IMG/VR virus record: IMGVR_UViG_3300017991_000062
Location: 32,001-96,000 of that record
Length of the DNA stretch: 64,000 nt
Reading direction: 5' to 3' (one strand)
Origin: a virus
Both the position numbers and the translations under genes were made by a program. Below the pieces are notes generated by a model. That model was not told the origin of the DNA. It did no database searches and was given only the letters and a program-made list of their open reading frames with translations. Numbering within the stretch: position 1 is the stretch's first letter; each line of letters starts with the position of its first letter. Below are positions 9,909 through 19,115 of this stretch, one piece after another.

Positions 9909-10358
9909 ATGCTCGGCAAGGCGACGCTGGAGCCGGACCACAACCCGGTTTCCCGATTCGATCTGCTCGTGGTGGGCATTCCGGTCCCCATCCACTTCAT
10001 CACCCTCTCGGGCATCGAGGAGGAAGGTGAGGTGGTGGACCTGCCCGACAAGACCCGGGCGACGGGTGGCCGCACGAACGCGGTGGAGTTCACGGCCACG
10101 ATCCCGATGCACCACACCGCGGAGTACCTCGCCCTGGAGCAGTGGTTCGCCGCGGCCCACGACAAGGTGACGCCCGACTACAAGCGGGCGGCGACCCTGC
10201 TCGTGTGGAACCTCTCGCAGGGGCTCCCCCGGAGCTTCCTCCTGGAGGGCGTCTGGATCTCCCGGCGAGGGCTGCCCGACCTGGACGGCGGGAATGACGG
10301 CGAGATGGCCGTCATCGAGTACACCTTCCAGGCCGACAACGTCGCCATCGGGACCTAG
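9909..10358 (+). CDS. Tail tube protein (T4 gp19-like)
   Basis: FITLSGIEEE...LEQWF...KRAATLLV...LEGVWISR...DLDG..GEMAVIEYTF; strong GGAGG RBS; follows sheath. Confidence 0.85.
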   Translation: MLGKATLEPDHNPVSRFDLLVVGIPVPIHFITLSGIEEEGEVVDLPDKTRATGGRTNAVEFTATIPMHHTAEYLALEQWFAAAHDKVTPDYKRAATLLVWNLSQGLPRSFLLEGVWISRRGLPDLDGGNDGEMAVIEYTFQADNVAIGT

Positions 10359-10445
10359 ACCGCTTCGAGCTGACGCGCGCCTGGCGCGTCGAACCCGGCA
10401 ACACGCCTCACAACCGCCCGGCGACGGGCCGACTTGGAGGAGCCA

Positions 10446-11303
10446 ATGACCGACCCCGCAGAGACCCAGGGCACCGAGACGGCAGCCGAGCCCACGGCTG
10501 CCGCTGTGCGTACCGCCACCCTCGCCGACCTGGGGTACAACCTGCCCCTCGGAATTCCGACTGGAGCTGTACTCGCCAAGGCATTCGCGTTCCGCCCCTA
10601 CACGATGGCACAGGACAAGGCCATCGCACGGGACTTTGAGGCGAACGCGGACTCGACCGAGGCGGCCAAGGTCACCTCGACCCTGAAGCACCTGCTCGTC
10701 ACCCTGGGCGACATGGACCTGTCGGAGGCCAAGCCCGAGGAGGTCGAGGCCCACGTCAAGGGCATGTTCTTCGGCGACGTGATGTTCGCCTACGTCATGG
10801 CTCGGGTAGCGAGCCTCGGGAAGGGGTTGTCCTTCCCGTACCGCTGCCCTTTCTGCGGCACCCCGTTCGTGTTCGAGGGAGACCTCACCACGATCCGGGT
10901 CAGGGCTTTCGACACCCCCGAAAGCCTGGAGCAGTTCGTCACGCTGCCTGTGCCGTGGAAGCTACGCGACAAGGCGGTCACCCGGCTGCTCCTGCGGCCG
11001 TCGCCCTGGGGCATGATCGAGGGGAAGATGCACACCCCGGTCCACTACCAGGCGGCCATCATGCAGGGCGCGATCCTGGGTGCGGACGACAAGGAAGATG
11101 GGCCGCTCGATGGCGAACGGCTGCGGCTGACCCCGTTCGAGGTGGACAGCATGCCGAAGCGCATCATCAACTTCCTCAACGACGAGGTGGCGCGCACGAA
11201 CGGCGGCCCAGAGCTGTCGGTGCGGACCACCTGCCCGTCGCCAGGCTGCAAGCGCGAGCTGGACCAGCCGCTCGACTGGAGCTACGAGTCTTTTTTCGGC
11301 TAG
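10446..11303 (+). CDS. Tail assembly chaperone / T4 gp26-like hub assembly protein (two CxxC-type motifs)
   Basis: FRPYTMAQD...GDVMFAYVMARVASLG...YRCPFCG...TCPSPGC...ESFF; between tube and tape measure. Confidence 0.75.
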   Translation: MTDPAETQGTETAAEPTAAAVRTATLADLGYNLPLGIPTGAVLAKAFAFRPYTMAQDKAIARDFEANADSTEAAKVTSTLKHLLVTLGDMDLSEAKPEEVEAHVKGMFFGDVMFAYVMARVASLGKGLSFPYRCPFCGTPFVFEGDLTTIRVRAFDTPESLEQFVTLPVPWKLRDKAVTRLLLRPSPWGMIEGKMHTPVHYQAAIMQGAILGADDKEDGPLDGERLRLTPFEVDSMPKRIINFLNDEVARTNGGPELSVRTTCPSPGCKRELDQPLDWSYESFFG

Positions 11304-11503
11304 TGCGGCCGGGCCTGGGGCTGTCCCGGGAGGAGCTGGTGGAGCTGACCTACCAACTTGCACACCGGACCAAGGGCGGCATCCCGGCGCAATACATCGA
11401 CACGCTACCCGTCACCGAGGTAGGATTGTACGTGGACGCCTACCTCAAGCAACGCGACCGCGACGAGAAGGCGCTCGACAAGGCCAAGCGGGGGCAGAAG
11501 TAG
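11291..11503 (+). CDS. -1 frameshift extension of the tail chaperone (G-T-type fusion, C-terminal ~70 aa)
   Basis: T TTT TTC slippery heptamer at 11291-11297 in the chaperone frame; -1 frame open to TAG at 11503 (…FFRLVRPGLGLSREELVELTYQLAHRTKGGIPAQYIDTLP…), no own ATG. Confidence 0.75.
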   Translation, partial: FFRLVRPGLGLSREELVELTYQLAHRTKGGIPAQYIDTLPVTEVGLYVDAYLKQRDRDEKALDKAKRGQK

Positions 11504-11512
11504 GAGCCTAGC

Positions 11513-14134
11513 ATGCCGACGAAGATGGGGCTGTTCGCACGGCTCTCTTTCGACGGAGGCAAGGCCGTCACCGGCATGCGACAGGCCAGCGGAGCGTTCC
11601 GCGGCATGTCGCAGGCGGCTCGCGGTGCGCAACAGGCCGCGACCGGCGTGAAGCAGGTGATGGGCGGCATGACCATCGCTGCGACCGCGATGTCGGCCGG
11701 CGTGGGCGTCGCCCTGAAGAAGGCATCCAACTTCGAGTCCCAGATGGCCACGGTCAAGGGCCTGGTCACCCTCAACGCGAAGCTCCAGAAGCAAACCGCC
11801 GCGGAAGCTGCTCGCGACGTGGGCAAGCTCAACAACCTCGCGAAGAAGCTCGGCGCGAGCACCCGGTTCACCGCGACCCAGGCGGCCGAGGGAATCGAGG
11901 TGATGACCCGGGCCGGCTTCGCGGTGGATGACGTGGTGAGCGGCCTGCCCGGTGTGCTCCAAGCTGCGGCGGCCGAGAACATCGGCCTCGCCGACGCCAC
12001 GAACGTCGTCGCTGGTGTGCTGCGGCAGTTCAACCTCGATAGCTCGCAGGCGACCAAGGTCGCCGACATCCTCGCGGCGACCAGTGCTGCCACGAACACG
12101 AACATCCTGGAGCTAGGCGAGGCGTTCCGCTACGGCGGCCTCCAGGCGGCCACCCTTGGCATCAGCGCCCAGGACACCGCGGCGATGATGGGCCTGCTCG
12201 CCAACTCCACCCTCAAGGCCAGCGTGGGCGGCACCAGCCTCACAAACATGCTGGTGAAGCTGGCCAAGCCCACCTCCAAGGGCGCGAAGCTCATCAAGGA
12301 GTGGGGCGTCAGGCTGAAGGACGCCCGCACGAAGGAGCTTCGCCCGATGGGCGACATCGTCAAGGACCTGACCAAGGCCCTCGCCGGTCAGGATGACGTG
12401 CTCCAGCGCACGGCCGATCTCCAGGAGGTGTTCGGGCGCCGCGGTGCTCGGGCCGCCATCGCCCTCGTCGCTGCCCAGAAGAAGGTCGAGAAGCAGTTCG
12501 GCAAGTCGGCCACGGCCATCACCGACCTCTCCGAGCGCCTCAACCAGGACGGCGCCGCGGCCGACCTCGCGGAGGCCAAGCTCGACTCGCTGTCAGGCCA
12601 GATCACGATCCTCGGGTCGGCTCTGGAGGGCTTCGCTATCGAGGCGATGGAGCCGTTCATGCGCTCCATGACCGGCGGGGTCAAGGGCTTCTCGACCCAG
12701 GTGCAGGACGTGGCGACCGCGCTGCGGCTGCTGAACGCGGACACGACCAGGTCAACCGAGGAGTTCAAGGCCCAGTGGTCTACCGTGCCCGAGAGCGCCC
12801 GAGAGTTCGCCGAGGGCGTGATGGAGGGCATCGCCGGGGTGAAGGAGGGCTTCCAGTCGTTGAAGCAGACCTTCAGCGGCGTGATGAGCTTCTTTGGCAT
12901 GGGCGGCAGCCCCAGGGAGACGGCGAAGCTGATGACCCAGGTGGTCGGGCTCGCCCCGGCGATTCTGGGCCTGGCGGCGGCGCTGAAGGTGCTGTCGATG
13001 GGCTTCGGCATGGCGGCCGGCGGCGCGAAGATCCTCGCTGGCTCGTCCAAGATGCTGCTCGGTGCTGGCCGAGCCGGCGTGGGGGCTGGCAAGGGCGTCT
13101 TCGGCGCTCTGGCCCGCTTTGGCGCGGGGCGTATCCCGGGCGGCAAGGCGGCGGCTGCGGCGGCTGGTGTCGGGCTGTCGGCCGCGGCCCAGGGGCAGCC
13201 GGTCTACGTCACCAACTTCCACGAACTTGCGATGATGGGCGGCGTGGGCGGTGCGGCCGGAAAGCTCGGCAAGGGCGCGGCGGCTGCGGCAGGCGGCAAG
13301 GCTGCCGGCGGGTGGGCGTTCACCGGGGCTCGCGGCCTCGGCCGGTTCCTGCTCGGGGGTGCCGGGGCCACGGCCGGCGCGGCAGCCCTGGGGATCTTCG
13401 GGTCCATCTTCGAGGTGCTGCGCGCGAGTGCCGAGTCGATCAACCTCATCGGCGACTACGAGAAGCTCGCCCGATACAACCCGCTCCGGGAAATGGCCGA
13501 GAAGGAGAAGAGGCAGGCCGAGGCCCGCAAGAAGTCCGAGCAGGTGAAGCGCACCATCGAGGCACGGACCAAGCGCGCGGAGTTCGGCGGCGAGATGGAC
13601 TTCGGGACGCTGGCCACGGCGCGGCAACTCGGCGGCCGGTTCCTGGAGAAGGCCAGGGCCGGGCTCATGGCCCAGGCGGAAACCCTCGCAGCCGAGGGTG
13701 AGACGAGCAAGGTGACGCGCATCCTGCGCGAGCTTGGCACCTCGTTCCGCCTGGACGAGTCGGGTGACCTGCCGAAGCTGGCGATGGCCGAGCAGGAGCG
13801 CAAGCGGCTCGCGAAGCTGCGGCGGATGAAGTCGTTCACCCCGGAGCAGCGTGGTGAACTGGCACGGCTGGCCGGGCTGGAGAAGCAGCTCGCAGACCTC
13901 ACCCGGCTGCTCGGCGTCACCCTCGCGGGCCGGCAGGCCGGCGCTGATGTCCCGACCAGGGCCGAACTCGACATCCGGCTGGAGGTCGAGGGCCAGCAAC
14001 TCGCCCGCGCCATGAAGGTCGCCGAGATGAACTGGCTCAAGGGCACGGGCGAGACGCCCGACCCCGAGGTGCAGCGGACGATGGAATACACCGGATTCGC
14101 ACCACCCCCCTCCGCGACGGGCGAGACGAGGTAG
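11513..14134 (+). CDS. Tape measure protein (TP901-family core)
   Basis: FESQMATVK...AKKLGASTRFTATQAAEG...LPGVLQAAAA...KVADILAATSAATNTNILELGEAF...GTSL; Ala/Gly-rich 873 aa. Confidence 0.93.
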   Translation: MPTKMGLFARLSFDGGKAVTGMRQASGAFRGMSQAARGAQQAATGVKQVMGGMTIAATAMSAGVGVALKKASNFESQMATVKGLVTLNAKLQKQTAAEAARDVGKLNNLAKKLGASTRFTATQAAEGIEVMTRAGFAVDDVVSGLPGVLQAAAAENIGLADATNVVAGVLRQFNLDSSQATKVADILAATSAATNTNILELGEAFRYGGLQAATLGISAQDTAAMMGLLANSTLKASVGGTSLTNMLVKLAKPTSKGAKLIKEWGVRLKDARTKELRPMGDIVKDLTKALAGQDDVLQRTADLQEVFGRRGARAAIALVAAQKKVEKQFGKSATAITDLSERLNQDGAAADLAEAKLDSLSGQITILGSALEGFAIEAMEPFMRSMTGGVKGFSTQVQDVATALRLLNADTTRSTEEFKAQWSTVPESAREFAEGVMEGIAGVKEGFQSLKQTFSGVMSFFGMGGSPRETAKLMTQVVGLAPAILGLAAALKVLSMGFGMAAGGAKILAGSSKMLLGAGRAGVGAGKGVFGALARFGAGRIPGGKAAAAAAGVGLSAAAQGQPVYVTNFHELAMMGGVGGAAGKLGKGAAAAAGGKAAGGWAFTGARGLGRFLLGGAGATAGAAALGIFGSIFEVLRASAESINLIGDYEKLARYNPLREMAEKEKRQAEARKKSEQVKRTIEARTKRAEFGGEMDFGTLATARQLGGRFLEKARAGLMAQAETLAAEGETSKVTRILRELGTSFRLDESGDLPKLAMAEQERKRLAKLRRMKSFTPEQRGELARLAGLEKQLADLTRLLGVTLAGRQAGADVPTRAELDIRLEVEGQQLARAMKVAEMNWLKGTGETPDPEVQRTMEYTGFAPPPSATGETR

Positions 14135-14137
14135 AGT

Positions 14138-14974
14138 ATGGGTCACGGATACGCATTCAAGCCCCTCCCGTGGCGCCTGTGGAATACGGAGACCTGGGAG
14201 GTCATCGAGTCGGGCTACAACGTCGACGGCGACATCGTGGAGTCATTCGGCGGCAACTGGGTCACGGTTGCGGCGCCTGGCATGGCCGACCCGATTCAGC
14301 AGTGGAGCAGCGGCCGGCAGAAGACGGTCAGCCTGGACCTGTTCTTCTTCGCCGAGCACTTCTACGACGAGATTGTCAGCAAGGTAAACCAGATCAAGCG
14401 GTGGGCCGAGATCGACTCCAAGCTGTCGCCGGCCCGCGTGCCCCGGCTCCTGTTCGACTACGGCGAGGCGTTCCAGATCCCGTGCAAGCTGGACGCGGTG
14501 GGCGCGCTCCGGTGGCAGGGCCGGCTCCGCGACGACGGAACCCCGCGAGTCGCCCGGGTGAGCCTGGTGCTGCGACGGTGGGTCGACTCCATCCAGTACG
14601 TGCCCACCGACCCCTCGGCTCGGCCGTCCACCACGGTCTACCACACCGTCAAGGAGGGGCAGACCTTCGAGCACGTCGCGGCGCGCCGCTACGGCCCAGA
14701 GAACGCGATCCTGGGCGTGCTCCTGCGGCAGGACAACCCCGACATGATTCCGCTGCTCGAAGGGCAGACAGTAGAGGTGCCTGACCTCGACAAGATGACC
14801 GACCGCACCATCGAGGGCACCTTCCCGCTCTTCTCTGGGACCGACTCGGCCGAGACGGCGCTGGAGGACCACTGGGATCTCCGCAGTGACGCGACCGAGG
14901 CGCCAGGCTCGGGCGACTTCCCGGCCGATGCTGGTCAGGCCGAGCTGTCGGTCGTGTTCAGCGTGGGGGCGTAA
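14138..14974 (+). CDS. Tail tube initiator / hub protein with LysM domain
   Basis: PIQQWSSG..KTVSLDLFF...PRLLFDYG...DGTPRVARVSLVLR then YHTVKEGQTFEHVAARRYG...LRQDNP LysM. Confidence 0.8.
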   Translation: MGHGYAFKPLPWRLWNTETWEVIESGYNVDGDIVESFGGNWVTVAAPGMADPIQQWSSGRQKTVSLDLFFFAEHFYDEIVSKVNQIKRWAEIDSKLSPARVPRLLFDYGEAFQIPCKLDAVGALRWQGRLRDDGTPRVARVSLVLRRWVDSIQYVPTDPSARPSTTVYHTVKEGQTFEHVAARRYGPENAILGVLLRQDNPDMIPLLEGQTVEVPDLDKMTDRTIEGTFPLFSGTDSAETALEDHWDLRSDATEAPGSGDFPADAGQAELSVVFSVGA

Positions 14975-14976
14975 CG

Positions 14977-15459
14977 ATGGCTGACTTCGCGACAGTCCTG
15001 TTCGAGCGGCTCGACGGTAGCACCTGGGTCCGCACCGGGCTCGAAGACCTGGGCACGCTGCTCGCCGGCACCCCGGGCTCCACCATCGACCTCCGGGTGC
15101 GTAACGTCGGGGTCGACCGGACAGGTGTGCTGCTCTACACCGGCAGCGAGAGCACGACCCTCGGCACAGCCGATCTTGTGGAGCTTGCCGCCTGGGGCGA
15201 TGCCGGCTACGGCTTGCAGGTGCAGCAGAAGAACGGCCCGCTCCCGGCCGACTGGGGCTCCTGGACCAGCTTCACCAGCACCGTCACGACCATGACCCTG
15301 TCGCGCTACGGGGTGGACCCGAACCAGACGACGGACGGTGACTTGCCGAAGTCGCTGGCCTGCCAGTTCCGCATCCGGCTCTACGTCCCGCCCGGCGAGG
15401 AGGGGCGCAGCCGCAAGTTCAAGCCTCGCCTGGGCGTGCGCTACGCCTCGGCGGCGTGA
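14977..15459 (+). CDS. Hypothetical baseplate-region protein
   Basis: 160-aa ORF with in-register codon usage between initiator and hub. Confidence 0.65.
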   Translation: MADFATVLFERLDGSTWVRTGLEDLGTLLAGTPGSTIDLRVRNVGVDRTGVLLYTGSESTTLGTADLVELAAWGDAGYGLQVQQKNGPLPADWGSWTSFTSTVTTMTLSRYGVDPNQTTDGDLPKSLACQFRIRLYVPPGEEGRSRKFKPRLGVRYASAA

Positions 15460-15467
15460 GGTGAGGC

Positions 15468-16700
15468 GTGCCTGACTACTGGGACGTCCAGGGTGTGCCG
15501 ACCTTCGCACTGAAGGTGAACGGCACCCGCGTCGAGTCGGACTACGCTCGCCTCATCGAGCAGGTGACGTATCGCAGCTCTCACGACACCGCGGACAGCA
15601 TCGGGCTCACGATCAAGGACCCGACCCTGCGCCTGGTAGACGCGAAGGTGTTCGCCGAGGGCAACATCCTCGACCTCTGGATGGGCTACGGTCACCAGAA
15701 CTTCTACATGGGGCGCGGTATCATCTGGGAGCCTCCGCAGGGGGCGGCGCCCGAGGGTGGCGATGCCACGATTCGGATCACGGCGCACAGCGCGGCCCGG
15801 TGGATGATGGAGCAGGGCCAGAAGAAGGGCGGCCGGCGCTTCGGCGGCTACCGGGACCGGCGCCACGACAAGGAGATCGTGGAGGCCCTCGCGTGGGACT
15901 ACGGCTTCAAAGCCCAGGCCGCGGCCACCGAGCAGAAGCGCAAGGCGTTCAAGGCCAAGGGGAAGAGCGACTGGGAGTTCGTGCGGCGCATGGCCTTCCT
16001 CGACGGCTTCCGGGTGTGGGTCGAGTGGATTCCCGAGGGATGGATCGTCAACAACACCGAGGTCAGCTCGGGCCAGTGGAATCTCTGCTTTCTGCCGCCA
16101 GGCCAGCAACCGAAGCGACCGCGGTTCATGCGGCCGAAGGAGTACGAGTTCGTCTGGGGTCCGAACATCTCGCAGCGCGACAACCGGCTGCTCGACTATT
16201 CCTGGAGCTTCGCAGCCGGTGCAGGTGCGAGCGAGGTGGAGGTGCTGCGCTTCGACCGTAGGACCTACAATTACGCGAAGTACATCGCGCAGCTCAACGA
16301 GACTGGCAAGCCGACCACGTTCCACGGGCCGGATGCGACCGTGCTCGACACCGAGAAGATCACAACCGGCTCGCGCGTGCTGTTCACCACCTTTGGCCGG
16401 CAGGTGCACGTCATCCGCGACAAGCCATTCCAGAACGAGAAGGAAGCGCTGGAGTTTGCGAAATCCTACCTGGCTCGCATCGCGACCAGCTTCATCCATC
16501 TCCAGGGCCGAGCCCCTGGCCTGCCCGACGTGAGGAAGTACACGCACCACACCTTCCGCGGCTTGCCGAATCGAATCGCTGGCCAGTACGAATTCATGGA
16601 TGTCGAGCACACCATGAGCAGGACCGGCGGCTACACCATGCGCTTCTCTGGGCGGCGCGCCCCGGAGGACACCCTCGGCATGAGCGCGTTCAGGGTGTGA
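15468..16700 (+). CDS. Baseplate hub (phage late control D / gp27-like)
   Basis: IEQVTY..S.DTADSIGLTIKDP...G..LDLWMGYG...SDWEFVRRMA..DGF...G.Y....VEHTMSRTGGYTMRF. Confidence 0.85.
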   Translation: MPDYWDVQGVPTFALKVNGTRVESDYARLIEQVTYRSSHDTADSIGLTIKDPTLRLVDAKVFAEGNILDLWMGYGHQNFYMGRGIIWEPPQGAAPEGGDATIRITAHSAARWMMEQGQKKGGRRFGGYRDRRHDKEIVEALAWDYGFKAQAAATEQKRKAFKAKGKSDWEFVRRMAFLDGFRVWVEWIPEGWIVNNTEVSSGQWNLCFLPPGQQPKRPRFMRPKEYEFVWGPNISQRDNRLLDYSWSFAAGAGASEVEVLRFDRRTYNYAKYIAQLNETGKPTTFHGPDATVLDTEKITTGSRVLFTTFGRQVHVIRDKPFQNEKEALEFAKSYLARIATSFIHLQGRAPGLPDVRKYTHHTFRGLPNRIAGQYEFMDVEHTMSRTGGYTMRFSGRRAPEDTLGMSAFRV

Positions 16701-16703
16701 TTG

Positions 16704-17774
16704 ATGGCAAAGACCGAATGGTTCCAAGCAACCGTGACCGACGTGATGGACCCGGAGCGCCGTGGCCGCATCAAGGTTAGCTGCTCGGAGCTGCTCGACG
16801 CCGACAGGGAGGCTGGTGAGACCGAGCCCCCCGAGCTGCCGGATTGGATCGAGCCGATGTTCTTCGCGGCTGGCAACCCGGCCAAGACCGGCGGCCAGCC
16901 CTACGGGTTCTTCTTCGTCCCGCGGCCTGGTGACCTCGTAGAAATCGAGGTCAACGACGGTGCCGACATGGAGACCGAGGGAGGGATGCGGTGGCGCTGC
17001 GGCTTGTATCCCGACAGAGATGCTGTACCGGGCTTCTTCCAGGGTCAGTTCTCGGACGAGGTGGAGGAGGAGCTGTACCCCCACATCCACGGGTTCATCT
17101 CACCTGACGGGAACGGCTGGATGATTTTCGATGGCCGGTCGTTTAGTGGTGGTGCTGACGACGAAGAGAATTCGATGGTGTTCCTGTTCACAGGGATGCG
17201 AGGACAGGGCGGCAACCTGGCTTTTTCCCCGACGACGATGGTGTGGATGGGCAACGTCGACGGCGCCGAAGGCCCGAGCATCCTCATCACCGACGCGCGG
17301 CACAACCGGCTCGTCATCGAAGGCGGCGCAGCCGAGGGTGAGGGGGTTGTCTACCTGCTCACCAATACCGGTCACCGTATCGCTCTACGCGACGACAACA
17401 ACACCATCGAAATCACACACAAGGACGGCCCGATCTTCAAGCTCACCGACACCGACATCGAGGCCAGGACGCCGAGCGGCGACCGGCTTCTGATCCGGGA
17501 CGGGAACGACATCCGCATCGAGCAGGCCGGCGGTGAGCTGGTGCAGGTGAGCGCGACCGCTGGTATCCTCATCGGCAGCGGCTCGTCGGAGCCCCTGGTT
17601 CTGGGCAACACATTCAGCAACCTGCTCAACACGGCACTCGGCGCGATCCTCGCGCATGTTCATCCGACGCCAGGCGCGGTGATGGGGCCGCCGCAGTATG
17701 CCGCGCTCCAGGGAGCGATCAACACGCTCATCACTGGAGCCCACCTTTCCGACTTGGCAAAGACGAAGAAGTGA
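16704..17774 (+). CDS. Baseplate central spike (gp5/gpV OB-fold, beta-helix, C-terminal HxH)
   Basis: ATVTDVMDPERRGRIKV...GFFFVPRPGDLVEIE; C-terminal AHVHP metal-binding apex motif as in P2 gpV-type spikes. Confidence 0.88.
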   Translation: MAKTEWFQATVTDVMDPERRGRIKVSCSELLDADREAGETEPPELPDWIEPMFFAAGNPAKTGGQPYGFFFVPRPGDLVEIEVNDGADMETEGGMRWRCGLYPDRDAVPGFFQGQFSDEVEEELYPHIHGFISPDGNGWMIFDGRSFSGGADDEENSMVFLFTGMRGQGGNLAFSPTTMVWMGNVDGAEGPSILITDARHNRLVIEGGAAEGEGVVYLLTNTGHRIALRDDNNTIEITHKDGPIFKLTDTDIEARTPSGDRLLIRDGNDIRIEQAGGELVQVSATAGILIGSGSSEPLVLGNTFSNLLNTALGAILAHVHPTPGAVMGPPQYAALQGAINTLITGAHLSDLAKTKK

Positions 17775-17783
17775 GGCTATGAT
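17754..17783 (+). promoter_or_regulatory. Possible sigma70-type promoter
   Basis: TTGGCA (17754-59) - 18 bp - TATGAT (17778-83) upstream of 17822 ORF. Confidence 0.35.
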
Positions 17784-17821
17784 AGGGCACCTGACTCCGA
17801 CCAACCCAGGAGGGAAGTGAG

Positions 17822-18268
17822 ATGAGCACCGAGACCCAGTTCGAGAAGATCGCGAAGGCCGCGCCCGACTTCGACAAGGAGAGTGTCGATGCCTTCGTCG
17901 GGCGCGTGCGGGCCGGCTTCAGCATCGGCATCATCGTCCCCATCGAGGAGGCGAACAAGGCCGAGTCCAAGCTCGGGCGCCTGCGCATGAGCCGCAAGTA
18001 CCGCGAGGGCGACTACCAGCGCGTCCAGACCTGGTGCCTGTGGCTGAAGCGCATCTTCGGCACCTTCGCCATCATCGAGAACGACTACGCCTCGAAGCTG
18101 TTCAAGGTGCCCTTCTCGGACGACGGCAGCGAGGTCAAGTTCGACCTCGACAAGGCCCAGGAGGTCAAGGAGGACTTCGTGGCCAAGGCCGGCTTCCACA
18201 TCGAGCTGACCCCGGCCATCTGGTCGCCGGTCATCTTCGGCACCACGGACACCCCGGCCAAGGAGTAG
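17822..18268 (+). CDS. Hypothetical protein
   Basis: GGAGGG RBS, strongly biased codon usage, 148 aa. Confidence 0.75.
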   Translation: MSTETQFEKIAKAAPDFDKESVDAFVGRVRAGFSIGIIVPIEEANKAESKLGRLRMSRKYREGDYQRVQTWCLWLKRIFGTFAIIENDYASKLFKVPFSDDGSEVKFDLDKAQEVKEDFVAKAGFHIELTPAIWSPVIFGTTDTPAKE

Positions 18269-18271
18269 TCC

Positions 18272-18709
18272 GTGACCGAGAAGGCCAAGGGCAAGCTCGG
18301 CCAGTGGGCCGGCATCCTCACCGGGCTCGCGGCACTCATCGGAGCGCTGGTCGCCGCCTGGACGACGGTGGTGGTGCCGGCCCTGGACGCGGCCGAGAAG
18401 CAGGGCTCCGAGCAGGGCCAGAAGCTCGACGGCTTCTATGGGCTGTTCCGCGACCGGGTGGAAGGCCAGGGCGACAGCATCGAGGATCTTCGGCGGCAGG
18501 TGCACAGCCTGCGCGAGGCCCTCGCGGAACTGCGCTCTGACCTCCGCGATAGGCGGCGACTGCGGAGCCCCACGCGCCGCACAGAGCCCGAACGAGCCCC
18601 GGAGGCTGTGGCAGCCCCTCCCCCGCCACCCGAGGCCCCTGCGTCGTTGCCAGCGAGCCTGGACGTGTTCGTGCAGCAAGAGGCGGCCGAACCGCCTCCC
18701 GGGGAGTAG
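18272..18709 (+). CDS. Membrane-anchored coiled-coil protein
   Basis: N-terminal hydrophobic helix (WAGILTGLAALIGALVAAWTTVVV), heptad region, Pro-rich tail. Confidence 0.65.
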   Translation: MTEKAKGKLGQWAGILTGLAALIGALVAAWTTVVVPALDAAEKQGSEQGQKLDGFYGLFRDRVEGQGDSIEDLRRQVHSLREALAELRSDLRDRRRLRSPTRRTEPERAPEAVAAPPPPPEAPASLPASLDVFVQQEAAEPPPGE

Positions 18710-18712
18710 CTC

Positions 18713-19114
18713 ATGGCCGAGCCCCAGGGCATCAGTGTCCCGATCCGGCCCAACCCCCGCGGCGGCCTCGCCCTGGTCAAGGGCGACGACTACATCCGCG
18801 AGATCGTGCTGCGGGCCGTGTCGCCGAACTACAGCGAGCATCCCTTCGAGGTGCTGTTCATGGAGGAGGCCACGGTCTTCGCGGTGGACAGCCCGGCGAT
18901 GCGAGCCCAGGCGGTGGACTCCATCAGCAAGGTGTTCGCCTATCTGGAGGGCCGGGGCATCGCCCGGCTCCAGAACGGCGCGTCGGGCTCGGTCTCCTTC
19001 AGCTCGACGCCAGGCACGGGCGAGCTGACCATCACCATCGAGTACCTCGACCTCAAGACCCAGGACCCGGCCGTGGTCACTCGCACGCTGCGGCCCAGGG
19101 CGACGGGGGTGTAG
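18713..19114 (+). CDS. Baseplate wedge / sheath initiator (gp25-like)
   Basis: GISVPIR....GGLALVKGDDYIRE...GELTITIEY; directly before baseplate J. Confidence 0.7.
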   Translation: MAEPQGISVPIRPNPRGGLALVKGDDYIREIVLRAVSPNYSEHPFEVLFMEEATVFAVDSPAMRAQAVDSISKVFAYLEGRGIARLQNGASGSVSFSSTPGTGELTITIEYLDLKTQDPAVVTRTLRPRATGV

Positions 19115-19115
19115 C

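Noticed and set aside
7009-10405. Shared GCAACACG upstream of sheath and chaperone as a late promoter
   Set aside because: Only two copies, no second conserved element, and similar strings occur in coding DNA
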